64,000 nucleotides of DNA, from the NCBI GenBank assembly GCA_000002435.2, contig CM018791.1; one strand, written 5' to 3'. Positions within the stretch are counted from its first letter, which is position 1, and each line of letters opens with the position of its first letter. Source of the DNA: Giardia intestinalis (taxonomy: Eukaryota). The notes below the pieces were generated by a model, which saw only the letters and a list, made by a program, of their open reading frames with translations, was not told where the DNA came from and made no database searches. Position numbers and translations under genes: made by a program. Positions 30,148-38,972 of this stretch are shown here, in pieces.

Positions 30148-30648
30148 ATGAGTCTAATAGAGGTTATGCGAAAGAAGCGGATGTCAGAAGCAGTGGCCAA
30201 GTACTTGACCACACTTGTTAAGGATAAGAGGATTCAAGACAAACTCGCGAAGTTTTTTGTCGTCATCTTTAGACGTCTCAAGGTTGATCCGCACGTCGTA
30301 GCCTATGCTCTGTGCCTCCTGGCACGAATACAATACAACAAGACCAATTCCCTCTCGTCACAGAATGTAAAGCGGTACTTTTTCACCGCAATGCTTCTCG
30401 CTTATAATATGCTAACAGATACTCCATATGACCTCCCGTCGTGGAGCATAATCGTCGAGGAATCGTATTCTGTAGATGAAATACAGCTTATGGAGACAAC
30501 CTATCTGGACATAATACAATGGAATACGCACGTTTACAATGTCGATGTTTCGAGAATGCTTTACACGTTGATTGGCCTCTACAATCAAGACATACAATTG
30601 GGTGATCAGGTTCCCGTTCCAGCTGAGGTCACGCAGGCTTTGCAATAG
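30148..30648 (+). CDS. Cyclin-like protein (Pho80/PCL/P-type cyclin fold).
   Basis: The 166-aa size and KRIQDKLAKFFVVIFRRLKVDPHVVAYALCLLARIQYNK resemble a Pho80-like cyclin box. AT-rich caaaaaattatagactaaaggtaacATG. Confidence 0.45.
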   Translation: MSLIEVMRKKRMSEAVAKYLTTLVKDKRIQDKLAKFFVVIFRRLKVDPHVVAYALCLLARIQYNKTNSLSSQNVKRYFFTAMLLAYNMLTDTPYDLPSWSIIVEESYSVDEIQLMETTYLDIIQWNTHVYNVDVSRMLYTLIGLYNQDIQLGDQVPVPAEVTQALQ

Positions 30649-30843
30649 TACAGGACACACCAGCGAAGGATGCTTAGCCTAGAACTGAAGAGTTACATAG
30701 CTTACCGGATGATCACGTGAACGTCCTCTGGAGCATGCGTCTCCACAAGGAGTGAGAAGAGTAAACATCTCTGCTGAGTGCCACTGGCCGGCCTCGAGGG
30801 TGCTATGGCATGGAGTGGGGGATAGGCAAGAAAGACAGACCCC

Positions 30844-32187
30844 TCATGTGTACAGGTCTCCAACCTCCTGGATCTTCTTGTACAGAACTTTATCGCGGGC
30901 CTTTCTGAAGTCACTCATGCACACGCGGATGCGTCGGTCTCGAAGTGCAAGAAGTCCTGCTTCCAAAGTGATAGCCTTGATGTCTGCACCAGAAAGGTCG
31001 TCTTTACAATTAAGGATCTCATCTTCAACGATGTCCTTATCCAGCATCATCCTGCGTGTGTGTATTTTAAAGATCTGCCTGCGTGCAGTGAGGTCTGGGA
31101 GCCCGACATAAATCTTACGATCGATACGGCCCGCGCGTATAAGCGCCGAGTCCAGGCTCTCAATAAGATTGGTGGCCATGATGACCTTGACACCTTCCGT
31201 TCTGTCAAACCCATCGAGCTGATTCAAAAGCTCAAGCATTGTACGCTGTATCTCTCTAGCACCTCCTGAATCTGCATCATACCTCTTTCTTCCTACGGCA
31301 TCAACCTCGTCGATGAAGATGATGGTCGGTTGGTTGGCCTTTGCAGCCTTGAAAAGTTCTCGTACAAGGCGGGGGCCTTCTCCAGAGTACTTTTGGATAA
31401 GCTCTGACCCAGCCATTTTCATGTAGCACGCGCTCGTCTCATTAGCGCATGCCCGGGCAAGGAGAGACTTGCCCGTTCCGGACGGGCCGTGGAGAATGCA
31501 GCTGCGTGGGGGCTCAATCCCCAGGTCCACAAAATACTCAGGGTTCGTTAGGGGCAGCTGTATCGTCTCCTGTAGCTCCTTGATGGCCTCGTCCTGGCCT
31601 CCAATATCCGCGTAGGTGTCTTTCGGCCTTTCAATCACTTTCATCATCGTCACGTTAGGGTCTTCGTCGTGAGAAAGAACGCCAACTACAATATCTCTGT
31701 GTGCATCTTCCATTAAATGCACGAGGGCGTTAGGCTGCAAAAGCTCTCGGTCGACAAAAGAAAGTGCCTTTGTATAAATGCTCGAATATTCTGTCTTCTT
31801 TACAACCAGAAACTCTTCGTCAATGATTTCCTGAACAACAGCTATCGTTTGTGTCGTCCCCCGAAGCTTCGCTATTGTCTGCTCCTGCTCCTTGTTGACT
31901 TGCTTGTAAAAGGTCGACTGAGAAAAATTGGAAATGAAGTCGTTTTCAACGGCCAAGAGGGCATTGATACGCTGTTGCTTCAAGAGCTTAAGGTAGCATG
32001 GCAATATCGGCGCCATGTTCGTGGGTATACGGAAAAGGACTTGATTTTGAGCAGGCATCCTATGGATGGCGCCTGTTTTGCGTGGCCTGTTTCTCAGTGC
32101 ACCTTGTGGAGGGCCCCTTTGATTTCCAGGCTGCTGGGAGGCTTGAGAGGACATCCCGCCCCAAGAGTCACTGAAGGCATTCCCCAT
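30844..32187 (-). CDS. RPT2: 26S proteasome regulatory subunit 4 (Rpt2/PSMC1), a AAA-ATPase.
   Basis: N-myristoylation-type start MGNAFSD; Walker A GPSGTGKS; GGAREIQRTMLELLNQLDGFD; KDDLSGADIKAITLEAGLLALRDRR; C-terminal LYKK. These are near-identical to Rpt2 blocks. Confidence 0.9.
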   Translation of the reverse strand: MGNAFSDSWGGMSSQASQQPGNQRGPPQGALRNRPRKTGAIHRMPAQNQVLFRIPTNMAPILPCYLKLLKQQRINALLAVENDFISNFSQSTFYKQVNKEQEQTIAKLRGTTQTIAVVQEIIDEEFLVVKKTEYSSIYTKALSFVDRELLQPNALVHLMEDAHRDIVVGVLSHDEDPNVTMMKVIERPKDTYADIGGQDEAIKELQETIQLPLTNPEYFVDLGIEPPRSCILHGPSGTGKSLLARACANETSACYMKMAGSELIQKYSGEGPRLVRELFKAAKANQPTIIFIDEVDAVGRKRYDADSGGAREIQRTMLELLNQLDGFDRTEGVKVIMATNLIESLDSALIRAGRIDRKIYVGLPDLTARRQIFKIHTRRMMLDKDIVEDEILNCKDDLSGADIKAITLEAGLLALRDRRIRVCMSDFRKARDKVLYKKIQEVGDLYT

Positions 32188-32315
32188 CTTTTTTTGCTAT
32201 AAAGAGTAGACGGGCAAGATGTAGTAGGGTAAAAAAGAAAATGGGTAGGTGCAATAAGTAGTTGAGTAGGGAAAGACGCTTGTATTATCACGACCTTCTC
32301 TGTTATGGTTAGAGG

Positions 32316-33458
32316 ATGACAGTAAAAATTATGCCTGCGGAAAAGCACAAGAAGTCTAAGGGAGAACGCAAGCCTGTCGATGATGTGGAGGCCTCTAACA
32401 GTTGCTCCGAGGACAGCAGTGCAGAATTGTTCGAAGTTTTAGACCTCCTTGAGAGCAAGCAGCCCAAGGCCCGAGCAGCTGGCCTGGAGAGGTTCACACG
32501 ACTCCTTATCGCCGATACAACAGTTGATTGGCTAAAGGACGACGCAGCCACTGCATGTGCAGCCATTCTGAAAGGACAGAAATATGCGCAGGGCGAGGAA
32601 TATGTACGCTACCTGTCTATCCTTGTTAGGCTTGTACTGACCGATACAAGTGGATCGGTTGCTGATACTGTGTGTACTTCTCTTCCAGGCAACTTTATAA
32701 GGACCTCAATTCTATCATGTCAGCCCGGTACTACAGCTGATAGCATAGTGGCGGTGACTGCTTTTTTGCTGTTTGGCTCATTTGAGGAATCATGTGTCTC
32801 TGAAGGCATAGATACACTGGCTCTGGCTGCGCTGGAGCTCCCATTATCTGGAAACGAGCGGGCTCTGTCCAACGTGTACTGCTGTCTCGCTGCCCTTGTT
32901 AGCTTAGAACCTGCGATGATTAGAGCTACCTGGCAGCTGGAGCGTTATACAAAGCGGCTCAGGGCACTCTTGGACTCCTGCAACGTTAGTGTTTCTGACG
33001 CCGTGGGTCAATTCATTCTCGTACTGGCCGAAGAGGATGGTTTTTATCGGTCCTTTTTGCCTCTCTTCAAGGAGTTGAAAGACCTACATGGAAAGGATAT
33101 AAGCAGAGACGTCTCAAAGGATATCCGTGCAATGTTTTCTGAGTACGCTGACGAACTAGCTTCAAGGTCTTTTGAACACAGAACCATTAAACTAAGGAAG
33201 TACGATGCATTAGAGATAAATAGCAGACAGCTCCAGGCGCGCTATGCCTTTATCCTTCTGGCCTTGGCAGGCTTTGATGACGTAGACCATATAATTTCTG
33301 GCAACGACACTGTCAGGGCCTTCCTGGGCCTCCCCAATGCCGAACTTAAGAACGTGAAGCAGAAGGGTAAGTACCTTGATGTAGTGTCTGATGAGGAACT
33401 ACGTAAGCAGCGTGCAATACGACAGCGTGAAAAAACTGAGCGGAAACAACGAAAATAG
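32316..33458 (+). CDS. Hypothetical protein, 380 aa, with a basic C-terminus. An alternative start at 32331 (MPAEKHKK) has a better AT-rich context.
   Basis: ATG ORF divergent from RPT2 (128-bp spacer). No family recognised. Confidence 0.5.
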   Translation: MTVKIMPAEKHKKSKGERKPVDDVEASNSCSEDSSAELFEVLDLLESKQPKARAAGLERFTRLLIADTTVDWLKDDAATACAAILKGQKYAQGEEYVRYLSILVRLVLTDTSGSVADTVCTSLPGNFIRTSILSCQPGTTADSIVAVTAFLLFGSFEESCVSEGIDTLALAALELPLSGNERALSNVYCCLAALVSLEPAMIRATWQLERYTKRLRALLDSCNVSVSDAVGQFILVLAEEDGFYRSFLPLFKELKDLHGKDISRDVSKDIRAMFSEYADELASRSFEHRTIKLRKYDALEINSRQLQARYAFILLALAGFDDVDHIISGNDTVRAFLGLPNAELKNVKQKGKYLDVVSDEELRKQRAIRQREKTERKQRK

Positions 33459-33499
33459 GAATTGTGTAAATAACGAAAATAATATTTAAAAGAACCATA

Positions 33500-34789
33500 A
33501 TGTATACTTTGTTGGTGTTCATACTGTCGAATCCTCTGCATATCCTATTAAAAGCACGCTCTTACACAGGAACCTTTTCGGCATGCACTAAGGACAATGC
33601 AGTTGTTCGTAGATTGCAATCTAACGATCTGTTTCTGCTGTTGGCTAATCCAATTAAAGTGGCCGCAGAGGACAACCTACCACAATCTGTTGACTTAAGG
33701 GAGTACGGCCTTATGACTCCTGTCAGAAACCAGGGTAAGTGCGGCTCGTGCTGGGCGTTTGCAACCGTTGCAGCCTTCGAGGCGTGTGCCCTGTATGATG
33801 GCGTCCTTTACCCTTACGGAAGTCCACTTGGCAGACACACAGACCTCCTGCACATCTCTGAGGAGTTTGAAATCTTGAGCTCCACGTCCAATAACCTCTG
33901 CTCAAGTGGCAACGTGGTGCGATTGATTAATGACCACCTGACGGGAGTAATTCCCACTGTAGAATTGGAGGAAAACTTTCCTTACAGTTTGAGTGACAAT
34001 ACTGAAAGCGAGCCCCCCGCACACCCCCTGCAGCCTGCGATTCCACCCGAGGAGTATGTGCTTCCAATTTATTCTGAGACAAAGCTAGGGCATAAAGCAG
34101 GGGTCATAGTGCTTTACAACAGAGACAATCCCTATAATGACTCAATTGCACAGCTGGTGAAAACGTATCTGTCACTGGGGGTTCCTGTGATGGCTACGAT
34201 TAACACGTGGGCTAATGGAAGGAAAGGTCACCGGTTAATTAAGCGTTATCGCGGTGGCATTTTGAGCGCACCGTGCCGTAATACAAGCCTGGATCACGAG
34301 GTGCTCATTGTTGGATATGGACGGTATCGAGGTACTGCCGTTTGGATAGTTCGCAATTCTTGGGGAGCTGACTGGGGAGTCTATGGGTATGCATATGTGG
34401 CCCAGGGCGGTGACAGCTACTGCTTGGAGCACAGTGCCATTGCTGTTCTTCCCCGGACACTCGATCCGACCGCCAAGTACGCATCCTTCTCTACGCATCC
34501 ACCTCCGTCTCCGCTCCTCCGGCCGATATATGAGGGCACTATTGTACGCTGTGAAAACGGGCTCGATGCTGATCCACCGGAGGGTTGCAGCCCATTCACT
34601 AGGGGCAGCTCGCCCGCGCTCGGGGCCAGCATCGCCCTCATACTCACAACCATAGCAGCTATAGGGAAATTTACTCACCAGCCCAGCCCCTTAATCAACC
34701 TTCGTCGTCATGATCGCGTCGAAAATGCGAGTGTCAGGAACAAGGTCACTGAAGCAATAATCACCGAAGTGCTCGGAATTATCGGATAA
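33500..34789 (+). CDS. Papain-family (C1A) cysteine protease with a signal peptide, a short pro-region and a C-terminal extension ending in a hydrophobic anchor-like segment.
   Basis: Catalytic Cys block QGKCGSCWAF, His block LDHEVLIVGYG, Asn/Trp block VRNSWGADWG, N-terminal hydrophobic MYTLLVFILSNPLHILL, and C-terminal LGASIALILTTIAAIGKF. Confidence 0.8.
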   Translation: MYTLLVFILSNPLHILLKARSYTGTFSACTKDNAVVRRLQSNDLFLLLANPIKVAAEDNLPQSVDLREYGLMTPVRNQGKCGSCWAFATVAAFEACALYDGVLYPYGSPLGRHTDLLHISEEFEILSSTSNNLCSSGNVVRLINDHLTGVIPTVELEENFPYSLSDNTESEPPAHPLQPAIPPEEYVLPIYSETKLGHKAGVIVLYNRDNPYNDSIAQLVKTYLSLGVPVMATINTWANGRKGHRLIKRYRGGILSAPCRNTSLDHEVLIVGYGRYRGTAVWIVRNSWGADWGVYGYAYVAQGGDSYCLEHSAIAVLPRTLDPTAKYASFSTHPPPSPLLRPIYEGTIVRCENGLDADPPEGCSPFTRGSSPALGASIALILTTIAAIGKFTHQPSPLINLRRHDRVENASVRNKVTEAIITEVLGIIG

Positions 34790-35626
34790 GACAGTCATTA
34801 TCTCGGCGAGATTCTTCTGCATCATCATCTGGTTGAAGCGGCGCTCCTCCGAATTCTTCTTGAGGATGGGGAGATACTTCGCCACGCTCTCTGCGAAGGA
34901 CTTGATCTTCTCGTTCATGCCACTGATGACGTGCTTCTTCTGAAGCTTTATGTTTCTCTCGGATGCGTCGAAGGACTCCTTGAAATTGCTGACCTCCTGG
35001 TTAAGCCTGTTGGCAGCTTGGGCGAACTCCCTCTCTATGATTGCCTCGAGCGAATTAATCTCCGTCTGGAGCCCGTGGCGAAGGGCGTCGAGCTTTGACT
35101 GGCCCGCGCGGATCCTGGAGTGGACCTCAGAGCGGAACGTGGACTTATACTGCTTTGTCTTGCCCACAAAGTCTGCATTCTCCGCGTCGAACGCCTTGAG
35201 CCTCTGCTCCATCGAGAAGACCTCGTCGATGAGGGGGCGGAGGGATGCGTTCAGGTGGGACACCAGCTCGGCGCGGCGGGCAGCGAACTGCTTGGCGACT
35301 TCGGACCTCAAGTCGGTAGACTCCAGCTCGCGGATGTTCTTTGTGGACAGAATGTCATTCTTGAGGTTGTTGAGGGTGATCATTATCTCGGAGGAGTCAG
35401 CGTGGCTGAACTTCGGCCTGAAGTCGTTCACCATGTGGTCCTGGAACATCTTAGAATTGAACATAAGGTCGTCAACCTTGTTCTCGGATATTAGGGATAG
35501 AGTCATGTACCCAGGGTCTTCCACCGCATTGGTGAGCCTCAGCGAGTCGCGGATGGTCGTAGGAGCGTCTTTAACTGCGAACTTGTGGTCCGAATAGGAG
35601 CTGACGGTCGAGAACGATGACTTCAT
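34691..35626 (-). CDS. Coiled-coil cytoskeletal protein, probably of the SF-assemblin/giardin family (beta-/delta-giardin/SALP-1-like).
   Basis: 311 aa, almost entirely heptad-periodic helix (EVAKQFAARRAELVSHLNASLRPLIDEVFSMEQRLKAFDAENADFV...). The size and composition match giardins. No motif-level proof. Confidence 0.4.
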   Translation of the reverse strand: MKSSFSTVSSYSDHKFAVKDAPTTIRDSLRLTNAVEDPGYMTLSLISENKVDDLMFNSKMFQDHMVNDFRPKFSHADSSEIMITLNNLKNDILSTKNIRELESTDLRSEVAKQFAARRAELVSHLNASLRPLIDEVFSMEQRLKAFDAENADFVGKTKQYKSTFRSEVHSRIRAGQSKLDALRHGLQTEINSLEAIIEREFAQAANRLNQEVSNFKESFDASERNIKLQKKHVISGMNEKIKSFAESVAKYLPILKKNSEERRFNQMMMQKNLAEIMTVLSDNSEHFGDYCFSDLVPDTRIFDAIMTTKVD

Positions 35627-35867
35627 TTTCTTGTTTTAGGGTTAGTTTTTTAGAAAAGGCGCAAAATTCCGCGCGGAAACCGCACGAAGACCACAGGCGC
35701 ACACGTCGTGTAACGACAAAGTTCGTTGCGCATTCGCCTCTGAACACACTCTCCAGTTCTTATTGTAGCAGAGGCCACTTCGCCGTTCCACCCCAACAAA
35801 TTCACGGATTTCTTATTCACAAACACAGGAATCTGAGTAAAGCCACGGATCGTCATTCACAAACAGG

Positions 35868-38800
35868 TCAGACATACGCTCGAAGGCATTTGATCACCTC
35901 CTGATTACCGGTCTGGCTGGCGATATCCATCACGCTTGTTCCGTCCGGAAGAGAAACACCAATTTCATGATCTGCCAGGATCTTGACGCAGTCCACAAGG
36001 CCTCTACAAACGGCGATCATCAGAGCTGTCTCCCCATTTTGACGCTGGATACACTTTTCCGTCTCGACAAGAAGACGCACGCACTCTGTGTGTCCCCTCT
36101 CGGTCGCATACATGAGAGCTGTTGTGCCATCGTTTTTACGCATGCGTGACTCGCGATTCATAAGAGACCCAACGATGTCAGCGTATCCTGCGTCAGCAGC
36201 ACACATTAGGGCAGTCTTTCCGTCTGGCCTGCGGGAGCCGCCCTCTGAATCTATAAGCACTTTCACAACATCATAGGCCCCCAGAGCAGCAGCTTTCATC
36301 ATTGCCGTCTCCTCATGAAGGTCGCGCATGCATGCCTCGTCCTTTAAGAGGGTGTTGGCTATGTCTGGCCTGTTGTTCGCCGCCGCAATCATCAGAGCAG
36401 TGAGTCCTGCTTTGGTCTGGAACTTGCACTCACGCTCCAGTAGCAGATTTGTAATCTGTGCAAAACCCATTTTGGCGGATATCATTAGCGCAGTCCACTC
36501 ATCGTTATTCTTCAATCCTGCCTCGTACTCCAGGAGCTCCTGTACTACAGAAGCACGGCCTGCCTTGCACGCATAGATGAGCGCCGTGTTTCCAAAATCG
36601 TCGCGCAAGCGAGCCTCACGAGGCATGAGAGTCCTCACAATGTCGACCCAACCGCACTCTGCGGCAATCATAAGCGCTGTAACTCCCTTGCCCGTGACCA
36701 TTCTGGCTTCGTGGGTGTACAGCTGCACTACAGAGTTGGTGTTGCCCTTGTGCGCCGCATACATCAGGGCAGTCATCCCAGCGGAGTCTTGTGTCTTGGA
36801 TTCTTTGTCCAAAAGTAGCTGTATGGCGTCGAAATTGTCAAAGTATGCGGCTAGCATGAGGGCCGTGACGCCCCTGTCGTTGGCAATACGACACTGCGTT
36901 GGCAAGTACTTCTGGACGAGTCGCATATCGTCACGAATCACTGCTTTCATAAGGGGTGTCGTACCATCTGGATCGGTAATATGCATGTTTTCATCTTCTG
37001 GGGTTATCCTGGAATCATATGCAGCACGAAATTGAGCTATCTGACCTGGAAAATTAGGGAAGTATGTAGAATTGAGTATCTTGGACGATGTTATACCCTC
37101 AGCTTGACCTGGATATAACGTGGATTGAATACCCTGTCCTATGTTTATCATCTTTGCCGTACGGGTCTGCACGGGCACCCCCGGGAATCGGCCCTGCTCA
37201 TTCTTCTGAGCTATAACATGGTCGAGCTGCTCGACTGTCGAATCTATCTGATCAGAGCGAAACAGACTATTGTCCCTGTTATTGGCTCTAAAACTGGAAT
37301 CCTTGCCGTCATATGCTTCGGTGTCTCCAACGACTTTCGATAAACTGGATCGGTTTCCTGAAGTATTACCACCAGACTGTCTGCGGCGATATGCCAATTC
37401 GTCGCGGTACATCCCGGTTATATCGGTGTCTGCTGCGCCTTGCGCGTCGTTCGTAGCACGCACACTACCATCGTTCTGATTGTAAATTGGGGACGTGTCA
37501 TCGATGGAATTGTCATAATTATGCGAGGCGGAGTTCATTTCCAGAAGGTTTCTAAAACTTGGAGAGAGGCCATTATTAATCGACGTGTTTCCAGGAAGCT
37601 CTGCTCCTGTACGCATGCTATCCACACGGCTACTTATGATCCGGGTTGCCTCACGACTATATGTAGGTGCAGCATATAACGTGGTGGCAACCGCAGCCCC
37701 GGGTGTGAGACTGCTTCTAGTGACGGGTTCATTTCGCACGCCCGGGACATTGCTGTGTGAACTTATAAGATCGTCAACGCTGAGACTATACATGCCAACA
37801 TTATCGGTCATGTAAGCAGCCCGCTCGCGGTTGTCAGCGGAGTTGGCATCTAAGTTTTGCTGAATGCGCATACTCATCTGGCTTGCATTCATCCCAGTCC
37901 CAGTATCCTCTGCAGCATTCTTAAACTTCCTCTCTGTGGGGCCCACTTGACTAGCTCGGAAAGATTCACGCCACTTCTGCGCAAATGACCCCGAGTCCTC
38001 CTGGTACCTGTCACGATTCTCAGGTGCCATTTGTTTGTATCCAAATTCAGTCATAATGTTGACCACAGGTTCTAGTCCGCAGATATAAGTAACAGACGCC
38101 CTGGAGCGTGGATCAATACAGAGCATTCTTCTAATGAGATCAGCAAACTCGCGGCTATATCCTGGCAATCGCAGATTGGGAAGCACTGCCTGTACTTGAG
38201 TCCGCGCATCCTCCGCTGTAGGGTTTTTGACAAAAGCCTGAAGGGTTGCTAATTCGTACGTGATGCAGCCAAGCGACCAGATATCAGATCTCTCCGATGG
38301 GTTGGCGCCCTCAAATACCTCTGGAGCCGTATACACGGACTTTGCTGACGCCTTCGCCATATACCCAGGATCCAAAATGTGTTCAATCCTACTAGTGTCA
38401 ATCTTATAAACGCCATCCTTGGTCACTAAAACACTAGCCGGTGTAAGAGTGCGGTAGTGATTTGGAGTCGAGGGGAGCATCCCCGGGCGCACTCCAGTGT
38501 GGTAGTACTTCAGGGCCTCTGCGAGCTCCCCAATGATCCGGATGATGGTTCCTTCGCCTATTTGCTCGCGGGACTTCCAATACGCATCAATCATGTAGCG
38601 CAGATTGTTATGGGAGTTAAGCTCCGTAACGACGTAAACCTTCTGCACTTCCTGGTCATAGATGATCTCCATGACACGCAGCATATATGGATGAACAATA
38701 GAAAGAAGCTCCTTGATAGAGGCGTGGTCAAATCCGTTGTAGCCGCTGTCAAGGTGCCTAACTGAATACTCGCGGCAGGAGAATGGTAGTCCGTCATTTT

Positions 38801-38888
38801 TACGCTCTACAGAGTACCACGTGCTCTCACTACCCTCCTCAATGGCGTGTCGAACCGTGTAGCGATTGGCGAAGGCAATGCGCAACAT
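35868..38888 (-). CDS. NEK-like pseudokinase with a C-terminal ankyrin-repeat array (21.1-type).
   Basis: Kinase fold with degenerate catalytic motifs: no Gly loop (IEEGSESTWYSV); FSCREY (Lys to Arg); HYRTLTPASVLV in place of HRDxKPxN; KIDTSR in place of DFG. APEVF and DIWSLGCITYEL are retained. More than 9 ANK repeats (TALMLAAYFDNFDAIQLLLDKESKTQDSAGMTALMYAAHKGN...). Confidence 0.8.
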   Translation of the reverse strand: MLRIAFANRYTVRHAIEEGSESTWYSVERKNDGLPFSCREYSVRHLDSGYNGFDHASIKELLSIVHPYMLRVMEIIYDQEVQKVYVVTELNSHNNLRYMIDAYWKSREQIGEGTIIRIIGELAEALKYYHTGVRPGMLPSTPNHYRTLTPASVLVTKDGVYKIDTSRIEHILDPGYMAKASAKSVYTAPEVFEGANPSERSDIWSLGCITYELATLQAFVKNPTAEDARTQVQAVLPNLRLPGYSREFADLIRRMLCIDPRSRASVTYICGLEPVVNIMTEFGYKQMAPENRDRYQEDSGSFAQKWRESFRASQVGPTERKFKNAAEDTGTGMNASQMSMRIQQNLDANSADNRERAAYMTDNVGMYSLSVDDLISSHSNVPGVRNEPVTRSSLTPGAAVATTLYAAPTYSREATRIISSRVDSMRTGAELPGNTSINNGLSPSFRNLLEMNSASHNYDNSIDDTSPIYNQNDGSVRATNDAQGAADTDITGMYRDELAYRRRQSGGNTSGNRSSLSKVVGDTEAYDGKDSSFRANNRDNSLFRSDQIDSTVEQLDHVIAQKNEQGRFPGVPVQTRTAKMINIGQGIQSTLYPGQAEGITSSKILNSTYFPNFPGQIAQFRAAYDSRITPEDENMHITDPDGTTPLMKAVIRDDMRLVQKYLPTQCRIANDRGVTALMLAAYFDNFDAIQLLLDKESKTQDSAGMTALMYAAHKGNTNSVVQLYTHEARMVTGKGVTALMIAAECGWVDIVRTLMPREARLRDDFGNTALIYACKAGRASVVQELLEYEAGLKNNDEWTALMISAKMGFAQITNLLLERECKFQTKAGLTALMIAAANNRPDIANTLLKDEACMRDLHEETAMMKAAALGAYDVVKVLIDSEGGSRRPDGKTALMCAADAGYADIVGSLMNRESRMRKNDGTTALMYATERGHTECVRLLVETEKCIQRQNGETALMIAVCRGLVDCVKILADHEIGVSLPDGTSVMDIASQTGNQEVIKCLRAYV

Positions 38889-38972
38889 TTTTCTTTACGA
38901 CATTAATTGCGTGTAAAGATGTCTAAAGGTGTAAAGCGTGATGGATCTTCTGCCGGTAACCCATTAGATGGT

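Noticed and set aside
35861-35900. GTATGTCTGACC on the minus strand at the end of the NEK pseudokinase gene, resembling an intron 5' site
   Set aside because: It is simply the final codons (...R A Y V stop) of the ORF. No downstream exon exists.
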